NCBI GenBank assembly: GCA_001800745.1
Contig: MGVZ01000029.1
Span: 9,133-73,132 of the forward strand
DNA from: Euryarchaeota archaeon RBG_16_67_27
GTDB lineage: Archaea; Thermoplasmatota; Thermoplasmata; RBG-16-68-12
Length of the DNA: 64,000 nucleotides
Direction: 5' to 3'
Made by a program: the position numbers and the translations under genes. The notes beneath the pieces were generated by a model. The model did not search any database. It saw only the letters and a program-made list of their open reading frames with translations, and was not told where the DNA came from. Shown here piece after piece: positions 10,500-19,842 of this stretch. Numbering within the stretch: the first letter of the stretch is position 1; every line of letters starts with the position of its first letter.

Positions 10500-11609
10500 A
10501 TGGATTCCATCGTGAGGGAAGTCGTCACCCGCGCCGGGGACGAGGCCCGCGTGCCGGACGCCCCGACGGCCCGCGTGGGGATCACCACGGAGGATGCCGA
10601 GCTCGAGCGCATCCTCGCAAGCCTCCGGACGAACATCAAGATCATCGGGATCGGCGGCGGCGGCTCGAACACGATCGACCGGCTCGTCGAGGCCGGCATC
10701 GTCGGTGCGGAGCTGTTCGCATGCAACACGGATGCGCAGCACCTCCTCACGATCCGCTCGCCGCACAAGGTGCTCCTCGGCCGGCGCACGACGCGCGGCC
10801 TCGGCGCCGGGGCGCTGCCCCAGGTCGGCGAGGAAGCGGCACGGGAGGCGTCCGACGAGCTCCGCGCGGTCCTCCACGGCGCGGACATGGTCTTCATCAC
10901 CTGCGGCCTCGGCGGCGGCACGGGCACGGGCGGCGGGCCGATCGTCGCTCAGCTCTCGAAGGAGGCCGGCGCGCTGACGATCGCGATCTGCACCTTCCCC
11001 TTCCGCGCGGAGGGAGCGATCCGGGCGGAGAACGCGGAGTACGGGCTCGAGAAGCTCCGGAACTTCGCGGACACCGTGGTCGTGATTCCGAACGACAAGC
11101 TCCTCGAAATCGTCCCGCGCCTCGCCCTGAACCAGGCGTTCAAGGTCGCAGACGACGTCCTCATGCGCGCGATCAAAGGGATCACGGAGGTCATCACGAA
11201 GCCCGGTCTCGTGAACCTCGACTTCAACGACATCAGGACAATCATGAAGGGCGGCGGCGTCGCGATGATCGGGCTCGGAGAGAGCGACAGCGAGAACCGC
11301 GCGGAGGAGGCGATCGAGGCCGCGATCAACTCCCCGCTCATCGACGTCGACGTGTCCGCGGCGACGGGCGCCCTCGTGAACGTCACGGGCGGGAACGACA
11401 TGTCCGTCTCTGAGGCGGAGAAGGTCGCGGAGATCGTCCAAGGCCGAATCAGCCCGAACGCGCGGATCATCTGGGGCGCGGCCGTCGACCCGGGCGTGCA
11501 GCACAAGCTCCGGGTCATGCTGATCCTGACCGGCGTCCGCTCGAAGCAGATCCTCGGCCCCGGGGAGCACCTCCGCGGGCGCGAGGTCGGCGTGGACATC
11601 GTGCGCTGA
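10500..11609 (+). CDS. ftsZ: Cell division protein FtsZ (copy 2)
   Basis: [30 protein letters not shown]. Confidence 0.97.
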   Translation: MDSIVREVVTRAGDEARVPDAPTARVGITTEDAELERILASLRTNIKIIGIGGGGSNTIDRLVEAGIVGAELFACNTDAQHLLTIRSPHKVLLGRRTTRGLGAGALPQVGEEAAREASDELRAVLHGADMVFITCGLGGGTGTGGGPIVAQLSKEAGALTIAICTFPFRAEGAIRAENAEYGLEKLRNFADTVVVIPNDKLLEIVPRLALNQAFKVADDVLMRAIKGITEVITKPGLVNLDFNDIRTIMKGGGVAMIGLGESDSENRAEEAIEAAINSPLIDVDVSAATGALVNVTGGNDMSVSEAEKVAEIVQGRISPNARIIWGAAVDPGVQHKLRVMLILTGVRSKQILGPGEHLRGREVGVDIVR

Positions 11610-11619
11610 GGTACGCGAC

Positions 11620-11859
11620 ATGGCAGAGATCCTCGACAAGGGCTGGGAGGTCCAACGTCGGATCGAGGAGCGCACGAAGCGTCTCGGGAAGGGCAAGTAC
11701 GGCCGGATCCTGAAGATGGCCCGCAGGCCGACCTCCGACGAGTACTCGAAGGTCGTCCTGATCACGAGTCTCGGGATCGCCGCGATCGGGTTCGTCGGGT
11801 TCCTCATCTACTGGGCGATGCGGTACGGACCGGATTGGTTCCGCGCCCTCTTCTCCTGA
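11620..11859 (+). CDS. secE: Protein translocase SecE/Sec61-gamma
   Basis: KYGRILKMARRPTSDEY followed by a TM helix; conserved ftsZ-secE-spt5 order. Confidence 0.93.
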   Translation: MAEILDKGWEVQRRIEERTKRLGKGKYGRILKMARRPTSDEYSKVVLITSLGIAAIGFVGFLIYWAMRYGPDWFRALFS

Positions 11860-11868
11860 GGTGCACGC

Positions 11869-12801
11869 ATGGGACTCCTCGATGACCTCGCGAAGACCCC
11901 GCCAACGAAGCCGGAGCCGAAGCCGGAGGAGCGCCCGGCCCCGGGCCGGTACGGCGTGAAGCTCGAGCTCGCGGAGGAGAAAGTCTCCCTCACCGCGGGG
12001 CAGGCGAAGGACTACGCCGTCGTGGTGACGAACACGGGCACGGAGGACGACGCGATCGTCTTCCGGCTCGACCTCGTGTACAACTCGGAGGTCCCCGAGC
12101 CGCCGGAGTGGATCATCAAGGTCTGGGGCATCGAGGAGAAGGTGTGGGACATCACTTTCACCAAGGTGACGGAGAAGGAGTTCATGCTCATCCCCGAGGG
12201 GCAGCGGGAGATCACCCTCACAATCACCTGCCCGAAAGGCGCGCGGTTCGGGGACCGGCTCAACGTCGTCGTGAACGCGATCTCCCGTGGCGACCCGACC
12301 GCCTTCGACGCGAAGACGTTGTCGTTCACCGCGCGACAGGCCGTCGTCGCCGTGAAGTCGTCGATCGGCCACGAGCGCGCGGTCGCAGATTCGATCTTCG
12401 CGCGGGCGAAGGCGAAGGACCTCGGAATCTTCGCGATCCTCGCGCCCGCGAACCTGCGCGGGTACGTGTTCGTCGAGTCGATGAACCCGGACCGGCTCGA
12501 GGAACTCGTCCGGGGGGTCCGGCGGGCCCGCGGGGTCGTGAAGGGACGCGGCGAGGAGAAGACGATCGCGTTCTCCGACATCGACCTGTACCTCGCCCCG
12601 AAGCCGATCGTGAGCGGGATCATGGAAGGCGACATCGTCGAGCTCGTCGCCGGGCCGTTCAAGGGCGAGAAGGCCCGCGTGCAGAAGATCGACGAGACGA
12701 AGGAGGAGATCACTGTCGAGCTGTTCGAGGCGATGGTGCGGATCCCCGTGACCGTCCGGGGAGACCACGTGCGGGTCCTGCAGAAGGAAGAGGAGAAGTA
12801 G
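11869..12801 (+). CDS. spt5: Transcription elongation factor Spt5 (NGN+KOW) with an N-terminal Ig-like extension of about 155 aa
   Basis: C-terminal half has GHERAVA, LRGYVFVE, EGDIVELVAGPFKGEKARV; N-terminal half is beta-rich (VTNTG, ITLTITCP). Confidence 0.93.
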   Translation: MGLLDDLAKTPPTKPEPKPEERPAPGRYGVKLELAEEKVSLTAGQAKDYAVVVTNTGTEDDAIVFRLDLVYNSEVPEPPEWIIKVWGIEEKVWDITFTKVTEKEFMLIPEGQREITLTITCPKGARFGDRLNVVVNAISRGDPTAFDAKTLSFTARQAVVAVKSSIGHERAVADSIFARAKAKDLGIFAILAPANLRGYVFVESMNPDRLEELVRGVRRARGVVKGRGEEKTIAFSDIDLYLAPKPIVSGIMEGDIVELVAGPFKGEKARVQKIDETKEEITVELFEAMVRIPVTVRGDHVRVLQKEEEK

Positions 12802-12807
12802 CCCGGC

Positions 12808-13455
12808 TCACGGGGGCGCGGCGGTCGTCCCATTCGTGTAGAGCCGCACGCCGTTCCAAACGGCCCATGCGAGGGCGCTGAAGATCGTCGCGTGCTCCGT
12901 CGCCTTCGCGAGCTCGACGTTCGGCAGGATTCCCGTGTACGTCACGATGAAGACGACCGCGATCGCGAGCGTCACGACGGAGAGGACGCCGGAGACGCGG
13001 CCGAAGATCCGGGACCGGTACAGCGGCATGGCGTACAGGGCGACCGTGGCGGTCAGGGAGAGGAAGAACCCGATCGACACGATCCCGTGCATGTTGTTCG
13101 GGGACTCCTCCGGGAACACGCCAACGCCGATCAGGAACGCCTCCGCGACAAGGAGGACAGAGACGCCCGCGGTCCCCGTGCGTCCTCCGACGGCCTGGCC
13201 CAGCGCGACGGCGAACGGGAGGAAGAGGAGGCCCGCGAGGATGCAGGCGGCGTTCAGGGTCCAGGGGGCCGGCGCCGCGGGATGCCCGAGGTCGCTCACC
13301 CAGTGCGCCGTGACCCCATAGCCCGGATAGAGGGCGACGCCCACGACGAAGAGGGAGATCCAGAGGACCCCGGCCGTCAGGCCCGCGATCGCGCCGACCC
13401 GAGGCGGGACGAGCGTGGCCACGGGGACGTCATCGCGTCTCGCAAGAAAAGGCAT
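12808..13455 (-). CDS. DUF998-like membrane protein
   Basis: YPGYG..HWVSDLG, GVGVFPE, MHG motifs; about 5 TM helices; start may be GTG at 13422. Confidence 0.8.
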   Translation of the reverse strand: MPFLARRDDVPVATLVPPRVGAIAGLTAGVLWISLFVVGVALYPGYGVTAHWVSDLGHPAAPAPWTLNAACILAGLLFLPFAVALGQAVGGRTGTAGVSVLLVAEAFLIGVGVFPEESPNNMHGIVSIGFFLSLTATVALYAMPLYRSRIFGRVSGVLSVVTLAIAVVFIVTYTGILPNVELAKATEHATIFSALAWAVWNGVRLYTNGTTAAPP

Positions 13456-13481
13456 ACCCCACGGGGGCCTGCGAATGGATT

Positions 13482-14222
13482 ATGTCCGCGTCGTCCGTTC
13501 CCCACCCCGTGGACACGCCAATGGGTCCCCTTCCCGGAGGCCTTCGTCTCGGCGCGCGGATCCGCGCTGCCCTCGACGCCGTGGGGCCGTCCGGGCTGCG
13601 CGCCGCGATCCAGGCGTTCCTGCTCGGGCCCGAGCACTTCCGCGCCTTCCGGCTCCTCGCGAAGGTCGAGCCGATGCTCCTTTTCCCGCAAGACCGCGCG
13701 AGCCTGTCGGACCTCGATCGAATGCTCGTGGAGCCCGGGGACATCTACGCGCACCTGCCGACCCTCTTCCGGCTCACGCGGGACGGCCCGCGTCCGCGGG
13801 TCCTCGAGCTCGGGACGCGGTCGGGAGACTCCACGCTCGCGCTCCTCCTGGCCGCGAAGGCGATCGGCGGGCGTGTGACGAGCGTGGACATCGAGCCGTG
13901 CCCTGAGGCGACCGCACGCGTGAAGGCCGCGGGTCTCGCTCCGCACTGGACGTTCCTCCTTTCCGACGACCTCGGGCTCCCGTGGCGGGACCCGATCGAC
14001 CACCTCTTCATCGACACCTCCCACCGGTACGAGCACACGCTCGAAGAGCTCCGGAAGTTCGAGCCGTTCGTCGTGCCCGGCGGCGTGATCACGCTCCACG
14101 ACACGACGAGCCATCCCGAGGTCTGGCGCGCGGTGGAGTCGTACTTCCGCGGGCGCTCGGACATCGAGGTGTACCGGTACTTCCACAACAACGGATTCAC
14201 CGTCGCCGAGAAGCGGGGCTGA
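13482..14222 (+). CDS. Class I SAM-dependent methyltransferase (Methyltransf_24-like)
   Basis: VLELGTRSGDST, SVDI, LFIDTSHRYE, PGGVITLHD. Confidence 0.85.
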   Translation: MSASSVPHPVDTPMGPLPGGLRLGARIRAALDAVGPSGLRAAIQAFLLGPEHFRAFRLLAKVEPMLLFPQDRASLSDLDRMLVEPGDIYAHLPTLFRLTRDGPRPRVLELGTRSGDSTLALLLAAKAIGGRVTSVDIEPCPEATARVKAAGLAPHWTFLLSDDLGLPWRDPIDHLFIDTSHRYEHTLEELRKFEPFVVPGGVITLHDTTSHPEVWRAVESYFRGRSDIEVYRYFHNNGFTVAEKRG

Positions 14223-14271
14223 CGGCGTCGTCCCCCGCTGCTGTGGGATCCGCGGCTTGGTGGGGTGGGTC

Positions 14272-14284
14272 GAAACCTTTATCT
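14272..14284 (+). promoter_or_regulatory. BRE/TATA-like promoter for rpl11
   Basis: GAAACCTTTATCT about 40 nt before the GTG start. Confidence 0.6.
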
Positions 14285-14323
14285 CGCTCCGGAAGCTCGG
14301 GGCGCCGCACCGAGGTTCCACGT

Positions 14324-14803
14324 GTGACCGAGAGACTCCAGGTCCTCGTCGACGGAGGCAAGGCAACGCCGGGTCCACCCCTGGGCCCCGCCCTCGGGCC
14401 CCTCGGGCTGAACATCGTCGAGGTCCTGAAGGCGATCAACGAGAAGACGAAAGCGTTCGAGGGGATGAAGGTCCCCGTCACCCTCCTCATCGACCCGAAG
14501 ACGAAAGGGTACACGATCGAGGTCGGCACGCCGCCGACGTCTGCCCTCGTGCTCAAGGAACTCGGGGTCGAGAAGGGCTCGGGCGACGCGGGCAAGACGC
14601 GCGTCGGGAACCTCTCCCTGCAGGCCGCGATCCGGATCGCGAAAATGAAGGCGGAGGCGATGCAGGGGACGTCCCTGAAGGTCCGCGTCCTCGAGGTCGT
14701 CGGCACCTGCGTGTCGATGGGCGTCACCGTCGAAGGCAAGCCCGCGAAGGAGGCGTCGAAGGAGATCCGCGCGGGGAAGTTCGACAAGGCCCTCGCCGGG
14801 TGA
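14324..14803 (+). CDS. rpl11: 50S ribosomal protein L11
   Basis: VDGGKATPGPPLGPALGP, GTCVSMGV; GTG start at 14324. Confidence 0.96.
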   Translation: MTERLQVLVDGGKATPGPPLGPALGPLGLNIVEVLKAINEKTKAFEGMKVPVTLLIDPKTKGYTIEVGTPPTSALVLKELGVEKGSGDAGKTRVGNLSLQAAIRIAKMKAEAMQGTSLKVRVLEVVGTCVSMGVTVEGKPAKEASKEIRAGKFDKALAG

Positions 14804-14999
14804 CTCCCGCCCTCCCGGGCTCGCGGCGGTTCCGGGGCCGGCCTCGTCCGTGCGTCGGGATGTCCGCCCCGGACGCATGAGCCTGCGGTATCTGTTGTAC
14901 GACGGACCGCTCGGCCGTCCCCAGGTTCCCGCGGTCCGCTGGAGGCGGTCTGCACTTCGCAAGCCTTATGTAGGACCCTCTCTTTCGACGGCTTCCCCT

Positions 15000-15039
15000 T
15001 GCAGGAGGCCGCGTCCCTGGCTGATTGCACTGCAGGAGG
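15000..15039 (+). promoter_or_regulatory. Putative L1-binding autoregulatory hairpin in the rpl1 leader
   Basis: GCAG-GAG-GCC...GGC-TGATTGCA-CTGC asymmetric internal loop abutting the AGGAGG Shine-Dalgarno; promoter-like AAGCCTTATGTA at about 14961. Confidence 0.55.
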
Positions 15040-15048
15040 CGAGTCCCC

Positions 15049-15687
15049 TTGGCGGAGAAGCGATCGATCGACGCGGTGAAGAAGGCCCTCGAGGCCGCGA
15101 AGCCTCGGGGGTTCAAGGAATCCGTCGAGATCGCGGTCAACCTCAAGGACGTCGACCTTTCTGTCCCGAAGAACCGGATTGACGATGAGGTCGTGCTTCC
15201 GAAAGGCCGCGGCAAGACTGTCCGGGTGTGCGTGTTCGCGTCCGGGGAGCTCGCGCTGAAGGCGAGGGCGGCCGCGGACCTCGTGATCCAGCCGCAGGAG
15301 ATTGAGGAGTACGCCTCGGACCGCGCGAAGGCCCGGAGGCTCGCCTCGGAATACGACTTCTTCGTCGCGGAGGCGCCCCTCATGCCCGTGATCGGCAAGC
15401 GGCTCGGGATCGTCCTCGGCCCACGCGGGCGGATGCCACGTCCCGTCCCGCCGACGTCGGACCCGACGAACATGATCAACGCGATGCGGAACACGGTCCG
15501 TGTGCGATCGAAGGACCGGCGGACGTTCCACGCGCCAATCGGGACGCGAGACATGGCCGCGGAGGACATCGCGGAGAACCTCGACTTTCTCATGCGCCGC
15601 TTGATGGGCAAGCTCGAGCGCGGGCGCTTCAACATCCAGTCCGCATTCGTGAAGACGACGATGGGCCCCGCCGTGAGGTATCTGTGA
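15049..15687 (+). CDS. rpl1: 50S ribosomal protein L1
   Basis: FKESVEIAVNLKDVD, LGPRGRMP, KTTMGP; TTG start after GGAGG. Confidence 0.96.
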   Translation: MAEKRSIDAVKKALEAAKPRGFKESVEIAVNLKDVDLSVPKNRIDDEVVLPKGRGKTVRVCVFASGELALKARAAADLVIQPQEIEEYASDRAKARRLASEYDFFVAEAPLMPVIGKRLGIVLGPRGRMPRPVPPTSDPTNMINAMRNTVRVRSKDRRTFHAPIGTRDMAAEDIAENLDFLMRRLMGKLERGRFNIQSAFVKTTMGPAVRYL

Positions 15688-15696
15688 GGGACGACG

Positions 15697-16581
15697 ATGG
15701 CGCATGTCGCTCCGTACAAGAAGGAGGCCGTCGCGGACCTCGTCAAGCGCCTCGCGGACTCGAAGGTCGTCGGGATCGCGAACATCCAGGGCATCCCCGC
15801 CCCGCAGTTCCAGGCGATCCGTCGGAAGCTCCACGGCCGCGCGACGATCACCGTGTCTAAGAACAGCCTGCTGATGCTCGCCCTCAAGGAGGCGGCGGCG
15901 AGGAAGCCGCACTTGGACCAGCTCGTCGACGCGATCGATGGGCAGACCGCCGTGCTCACTGCGGAGATGAACCCGTTCCGGCTGTTCAAGGAGCTCGAGG
16001 CGACGAAGACGAAGGCCCCCGCGAGGGGCGGGGAGGTCGCCCCCGAGGACCTGTGGGTCCGGGAGGGTGAGACCCCGTTCAAGCCCGGCCCGGTCGTGGG
16101 GGAGCTCCAGAAGGCCGGCGTGCCCGCGGCGATCGAGCGCGGGAAGGTCGTGATCAAGAAGGACAAGCTCATGGTCAAGGCGGGCGAGCGGATCCCGCGA
16201 GAGGTCGCCCACGCCCTCACCCGGCTCGAGATCTTCCCCCTCACGGTCGGCCTCGACCTTCGGGGCGCATACGAGGCGGGCACTGTCTTCCGGCGGGACG
16301 CGCTCGCCGTGGACGAGACCGTCGTCCGCGCCCAGCTCTCCCGGGCGGCGCGGGAGGCGTTCAGCCTATCGCTGTCCGTCGGGTACCCGACGGCGGCGAC
16401 GATTCGCCCGCTGCTTTCCCTCGCGCACGCGAAGGCGCTCGCCCTCGCGGTCGAGTCCGGGTTCCCGACGAAAGTTTCGCTCGCGTTCATCCTCGCCAAG
16501 GCGCACGCGCACGCGCTCGCGCTCGCGAGCCGCGCGCCGGAGGCCGCGGACGAAGATCTCAAGAAGGCACTCGGAGGGTAA
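15697..16581 (+). CDS. rpl10: 50S ribosomal protein L10/P0
   Basis: MAHVAPYK, MNPFRLF, GETPFKPGP. Confidence 0.96.
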   Translation: MAHVAPYKKEAVADLVKRLADSKVVGIANIQGIPAPQFQAIRRKLHGRATITVSKNSLLMLALKEAAARKPHLDQLVDAIDGQTAVLTAEMNPFRLFKELEATKTKAPARGGEVAPEDLWVREGETPFKPGPVVGELQKAGVPAAIERGKVVIKKDKLMVKAGERIPREVAHALTRLEIFPLTVGLDLRGAYEAGTVFRRDALAVDETVVRAQLSRAAREAFSLSLSVGYPTAATIRPLLSLAHAKALALAVESGFPTKVSLAFILAKAHAHALALASRAPEAADEDLKKALGG

Positions 16582-16616
16582 CTCGAGTCAACGAACGGAA
16601 AAGGAGGTGACAACGA

Positions 16617-16928
16617 ATGGAGTACGTGTATGGGGCGCTGGTCCTGCACGCGGCCGGCAAGCCCGTGAACGAGGAGGGTCTGAAGAAGGTCCTCACCGCC
16701 GCGGGCGTGAAGGTCGACGAGACGCGCGTGAAGGCACTGACCGCCGCGCTGGAGGGCGTGAACATCGACGAGGCGTTGAAGGCCGCCGTCGCGATGCCCG
16801 CCGCCGCGCCCGCGGCCGCACCCGCAGCCGAGAAGAAGGACGAGAAGAAGAAAGAAGAGAAGAAGGAAGAGGAGAAGGTCTCGGAGGAAGAGGCCGCTGC
16901 GGGCCTTGGAGCGCTCTTCGGCCTGTAG
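16617..16928 (+). CDS. rpl12: 50S ribosomal stalk protein P1/L12
   Basis: [11 protein letters not shown], Ala-rich hinge, [13 protein letters not shown]. Confidence 0.96.
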   Translation: MEYVYGALVLHAAGKPVNEEGLKKVLTAAGVKVDETRVKALTAALEGVNIDEALKAAVAMPAAAPAAAPAAEKKDEKKKEEKKEEEKVSEEEAAAGLGALFGL

Positions 16929-16947
16929 GCCGGAGGCGTTCCCTCAA

Positions 16948-16966
16948 TTCCTTTTCCATTTCCTTC
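16948..16966 (+). terminator. Oligo-pyrimidine archaeal terminator
   Basis: TTCCTTTTCCATTTCCTTC just after the rpl12 stop. Confidence 0.55.
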
Positions 16967-17153
16967 GAGGGTGAGCGGGAGCGCCGACCCGCGCTTCTCG
17001 ACGGCTGCGGTTGCGATGCGCACAGCCATCTTCGTCCGTCGGGCCTTCCATTCCGCATGTGGAGCCCTTAAGTAGATTACCGGGATTGCCGCCAATCGGT
17101 CCAGGACTGAGCCGGACGCGAAGGCCCCGCCGTCCGCAGGATTCCGGGATACC

Positions 17154-18313
17154 ATGGACGTCGTCCAGCTGGGTTGCGGCGTGTGCGGGCTCGTGTGCGC
17201 GGAGCACCTCGCGAAGCATCCGAAGGTCGACCGGATTATCCTCGCGGACCGGAGGACGGACGCCGCGGAGCGGCTGGCCTCCCGGGTCCCCGGCGGGAAA
17301 GCCCACGTGCACTCGGTAGACGGCACGGACTCGGAAGCCCTCCGGGGTCTCATCTCCGCATGCGACGTCGTCGTCGCCACGATGCCGTGGCGGCTCAATC
17401 GTCTGGCGCTCGACATCGCCGCGAAGGTCGGGACGGACTACGTGGACTTCGGGATGCCGTCGACGGCACGGGGCCGGAGTTCGACGCCGCCTCGAGGATG
17501 TGTTCCGATGCAGGGATCGCCGGCCTCGTCGGGATGGGTCAGGAACCTGGAATCTCCGACGTGTTCGCGATGCACGGAGCGAGCCGGCTCGACCGGGCGG
17601 ACGAAGCCCACGTCTTCGACGGGGATACCGCGGCGGTCGAAGGACTGGAGCTGTTCTCGGTCTGGTCGCCCGTCGACCTGCTCGACGAGATGAGCGTACC
17701 CGCCGCGGTCTTCGCCGACGGCCGGATCACGTTCGTGCCGCCCCTGAGCGAGAGCCAGACCTACGACTTCCCGGAACCGGTCGGCCCCCTCACGGTCTAC
17801 AAGACGAACCACGACGAGACGTACTTCCTGCCGATGGGCATCAAGACCCTGAAGAAGGCGTCGTTCAGCATCCACATCGACCGCGCATGGGTCGAGGCCG
17901 CCACCTGGCTCCGGAAGCTCGGTCTCCTTCGACACGATCCCGTGGACGTCCGGGGCGCCCGGGTCCGGCCCCTGGACGTCATCGCCGCGGCACTCCCCGC
18001 GCCCGTCGACCTCCTGGGCCGCATCCGTGGCCACGCCTACTGTGTCGTCGAGGTGACGGGCCTGAAGGTCGGCCGCAGGAAGATGGTGCGGACATGGTCG
18101 GGCATTTCATACGCAGAGGCGTACGCCGGCCACGGCACGAACGCGACCGCGTACATGGTCGGCACGGGAGGTGCGGTCGCGACCGAGATGCTCTTGGACG
18201 GGGAGATCCGGGAGAGGGGTCTCGTGATCCCGGAGCAGCTTGCTCCGGATCGGTTCCTGGAACGGCTCCGGGGGAAGGGCCTGCAGGTCCACGAAGAGAT
18301 CATCGATCTCTGA
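17154..18313 (+). CDS. Saccharopine dehydrogenase-family oxidoreductase, frameshifted at about 17460 (probable sequencing error, otherwise pseudogene)
   Basis: Rossmann fold start QLGCGVCG...DYVDFG in one frame, GMGQEPGISD/WSPVDLLDE/NHDET in the next; adding one T (CCG TTC GAC) joins them. Confidence 0.8.
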
Positions 18314-18412
18314 GCGAGCTCTCCCCGCCTCGATCGCCCCGCGTCGAGTGACGAGACGCGCATCGTGTCCCGTCCGCCTTGTCATGGGCTCGACGCGGCA
18401 CCGGAAGAGCCC

Positions 18413-18733
18413 TCAGACCTTGCCTTCCTTCGCTTTCGCTTGGAGCCTCTTGCCGCGCTCCTTCGCGTTGTATCCGGTCGCCGCTTCGAGGAAGCGGTTG
18501 TTGCGCGTGATCGTGTCCGTTGCGACGTCGTCGGGGACGCCGGACCTCATCGTGATGTCCACGAAGAGGCTCTTGCCATCCGTCCATGAGACGAGGCGCT
18601 CGATCGCGCCGAAGGCGACTACGACCTTGCCCCCGTCCGTGGACGCGGACCCGAACGTCTCCGCGGCGATTGACCGGAGCCTGTCCCCTTCGAGGTTCTT
18701 CGCCCAGCCCCGCTTGATCTCGTACGCCCGCAT
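18413..18733 (-). CDS. DUF5611-like archaeal protein
   Basis: YEIKRG...N(R)FLEAATGYNAKER motif. Confidence 0.75.
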   Translation of the reverse strand: MRAYEIKRGWAKNLEGDRLRSIAAETFGSASTDGGKVVVAFGAIERLVSWTDGKSLFVDITMRSGVPDDVATDTITRNNRFLEAATGYNAKERGKRLQAKAKEGKV

Positions 18734-18782
18734 GGTGACCTCGCCCTTCATCCCTGGATCTGCTAATAACGTTGCGACCGCG

Positions 18783-19799
18783 TCAGTCGGGGATGAGGGC
18801 GAGAGGATCCGCGGACGTGAGCATGAACTCCTGCACGTCGGCGTACGCCCGCCACACGTCGCGGCATTCGCAGTCGAGATCCCCGAAGTCGCGGCGCAGG
18901 CCGAGGCTGAACTCCTCGATCGCGTCGATCGCCCGGCGGTCGCACGAGCCGCAGTTGTGCGCCCCCCGCGCCTTCCCGCCCCCGGTCGGGTGGCTCTTCA
19001 CCTGGGCGCTGAGGTCCCGCGTGCGTTCGAGGACCTCGACGACGGACCAGAGCCAAGGCGGCCGGTATTCCCCGCGCCGGAACAGGCGGTCGACGAGCGT
19101 GCGCCCCTGCACGTTCACCGGGTTGAACGAGATCGTGTCGCTGTGCGGGTCCGCCGCGTGCCCCGACGCGACGGCGTCCTCGATCGCTTCGCGCTCGGTG
19201 AGGAACGCGGGCTTCACCAGGAGGTATGTCTTCACCGTCGCGCCGAGCTCGCGACACAGGGCCGCGGCTCTCGCATGCTCAGCGAGCCCCCACACCTTGT
19301 TCACGCTGTGCCTCAGCACCCGTTCGTTCGTCGATTCGAGGCCAAAGGCGACCTCGAGGGCGTCGACGAACGACATCGCATTCTCGAGCTGGTCCCGGCG
19401 GAGCATGTGGCTCAAGGTCTCGACGATCACCTTGTCGCAGCGGTCCCCGAGCTCCCTCAGGATCCGCGCGCGGACGTCCGGCGGCACCTCATGGTCGTCG
19501 AAGAAGTTCCCCGACGTGTACACCTTGACGAGCGGCTGGCCCGCGTGCCGCGCCAGGACCGAGTCGAGCTGGTGCATGAGGTCCGCGGCGGAGACCTCCT
19601 GGGCGACGTCGTTCACGTACCCGCACATCGAGCAGCCGCTCGCACGCGCCCAGTAGCAGCCGCGCGTTCGGAAGATGATCACCCAGGCATCGGCGACCTT
19701 CCCCCGGAGCAGGTCCTTCTCCGTCCACGTCGAGATGATCTCGCGGGGGTCGAACGACCGAGGGACTCGCTCGTCCTTCACGATCTGCTGGAGGCGCAT
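18783..19799 (-). CDS. Archaeosine biosynthesis radical SAM protein RaSEA
   Basis: RTRGCYWARASGCSMCGY, YTSGNFFD, KTYLLVKP, NPVNVQGRT, YRPPWLWS. Confidence 0.85.
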   Translation of the reverse strand: MRLQQIVKDERVPRSFDPREIISTWTEKDLLRGKVADAWVIIFRTRGCYWARASGCSMCGYVNDVAQEVSAADLMHQLDSVLARHAGQPLVKVYTSGNFFDDHEVPPDVRARILRELGDRCDKVIVETLSHMLRRDQLENAMSFVDALEVAFGLESTNERVLRHSVNKVWGLAEHARAAALCRELGATVKTYLLVKPAFLTEREAIEDAVASGHAADPHSDTISFNPVNVQGRTLVDRLFRRGEYRPPWLWSVVEVLERTRDLSAQVKSHPTGGGKARGAHNCGSCDRRAIDAIEEFSLGLRRDFGDLDCECRDVWRAYADVQEFMLTSADPLALIPD

Positions 19800-19842
19800 G
19801 GGCCCGCGCTCGAACGGCGACGCGCGGAAAAACCTTTGTCTC

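Noticed and set aside
17066-17153. Riboswitch-like leader before the dehydrogenase gene
   Set aside because: Only short GC-rich stems are present, with no recognisable aptamer consensus.
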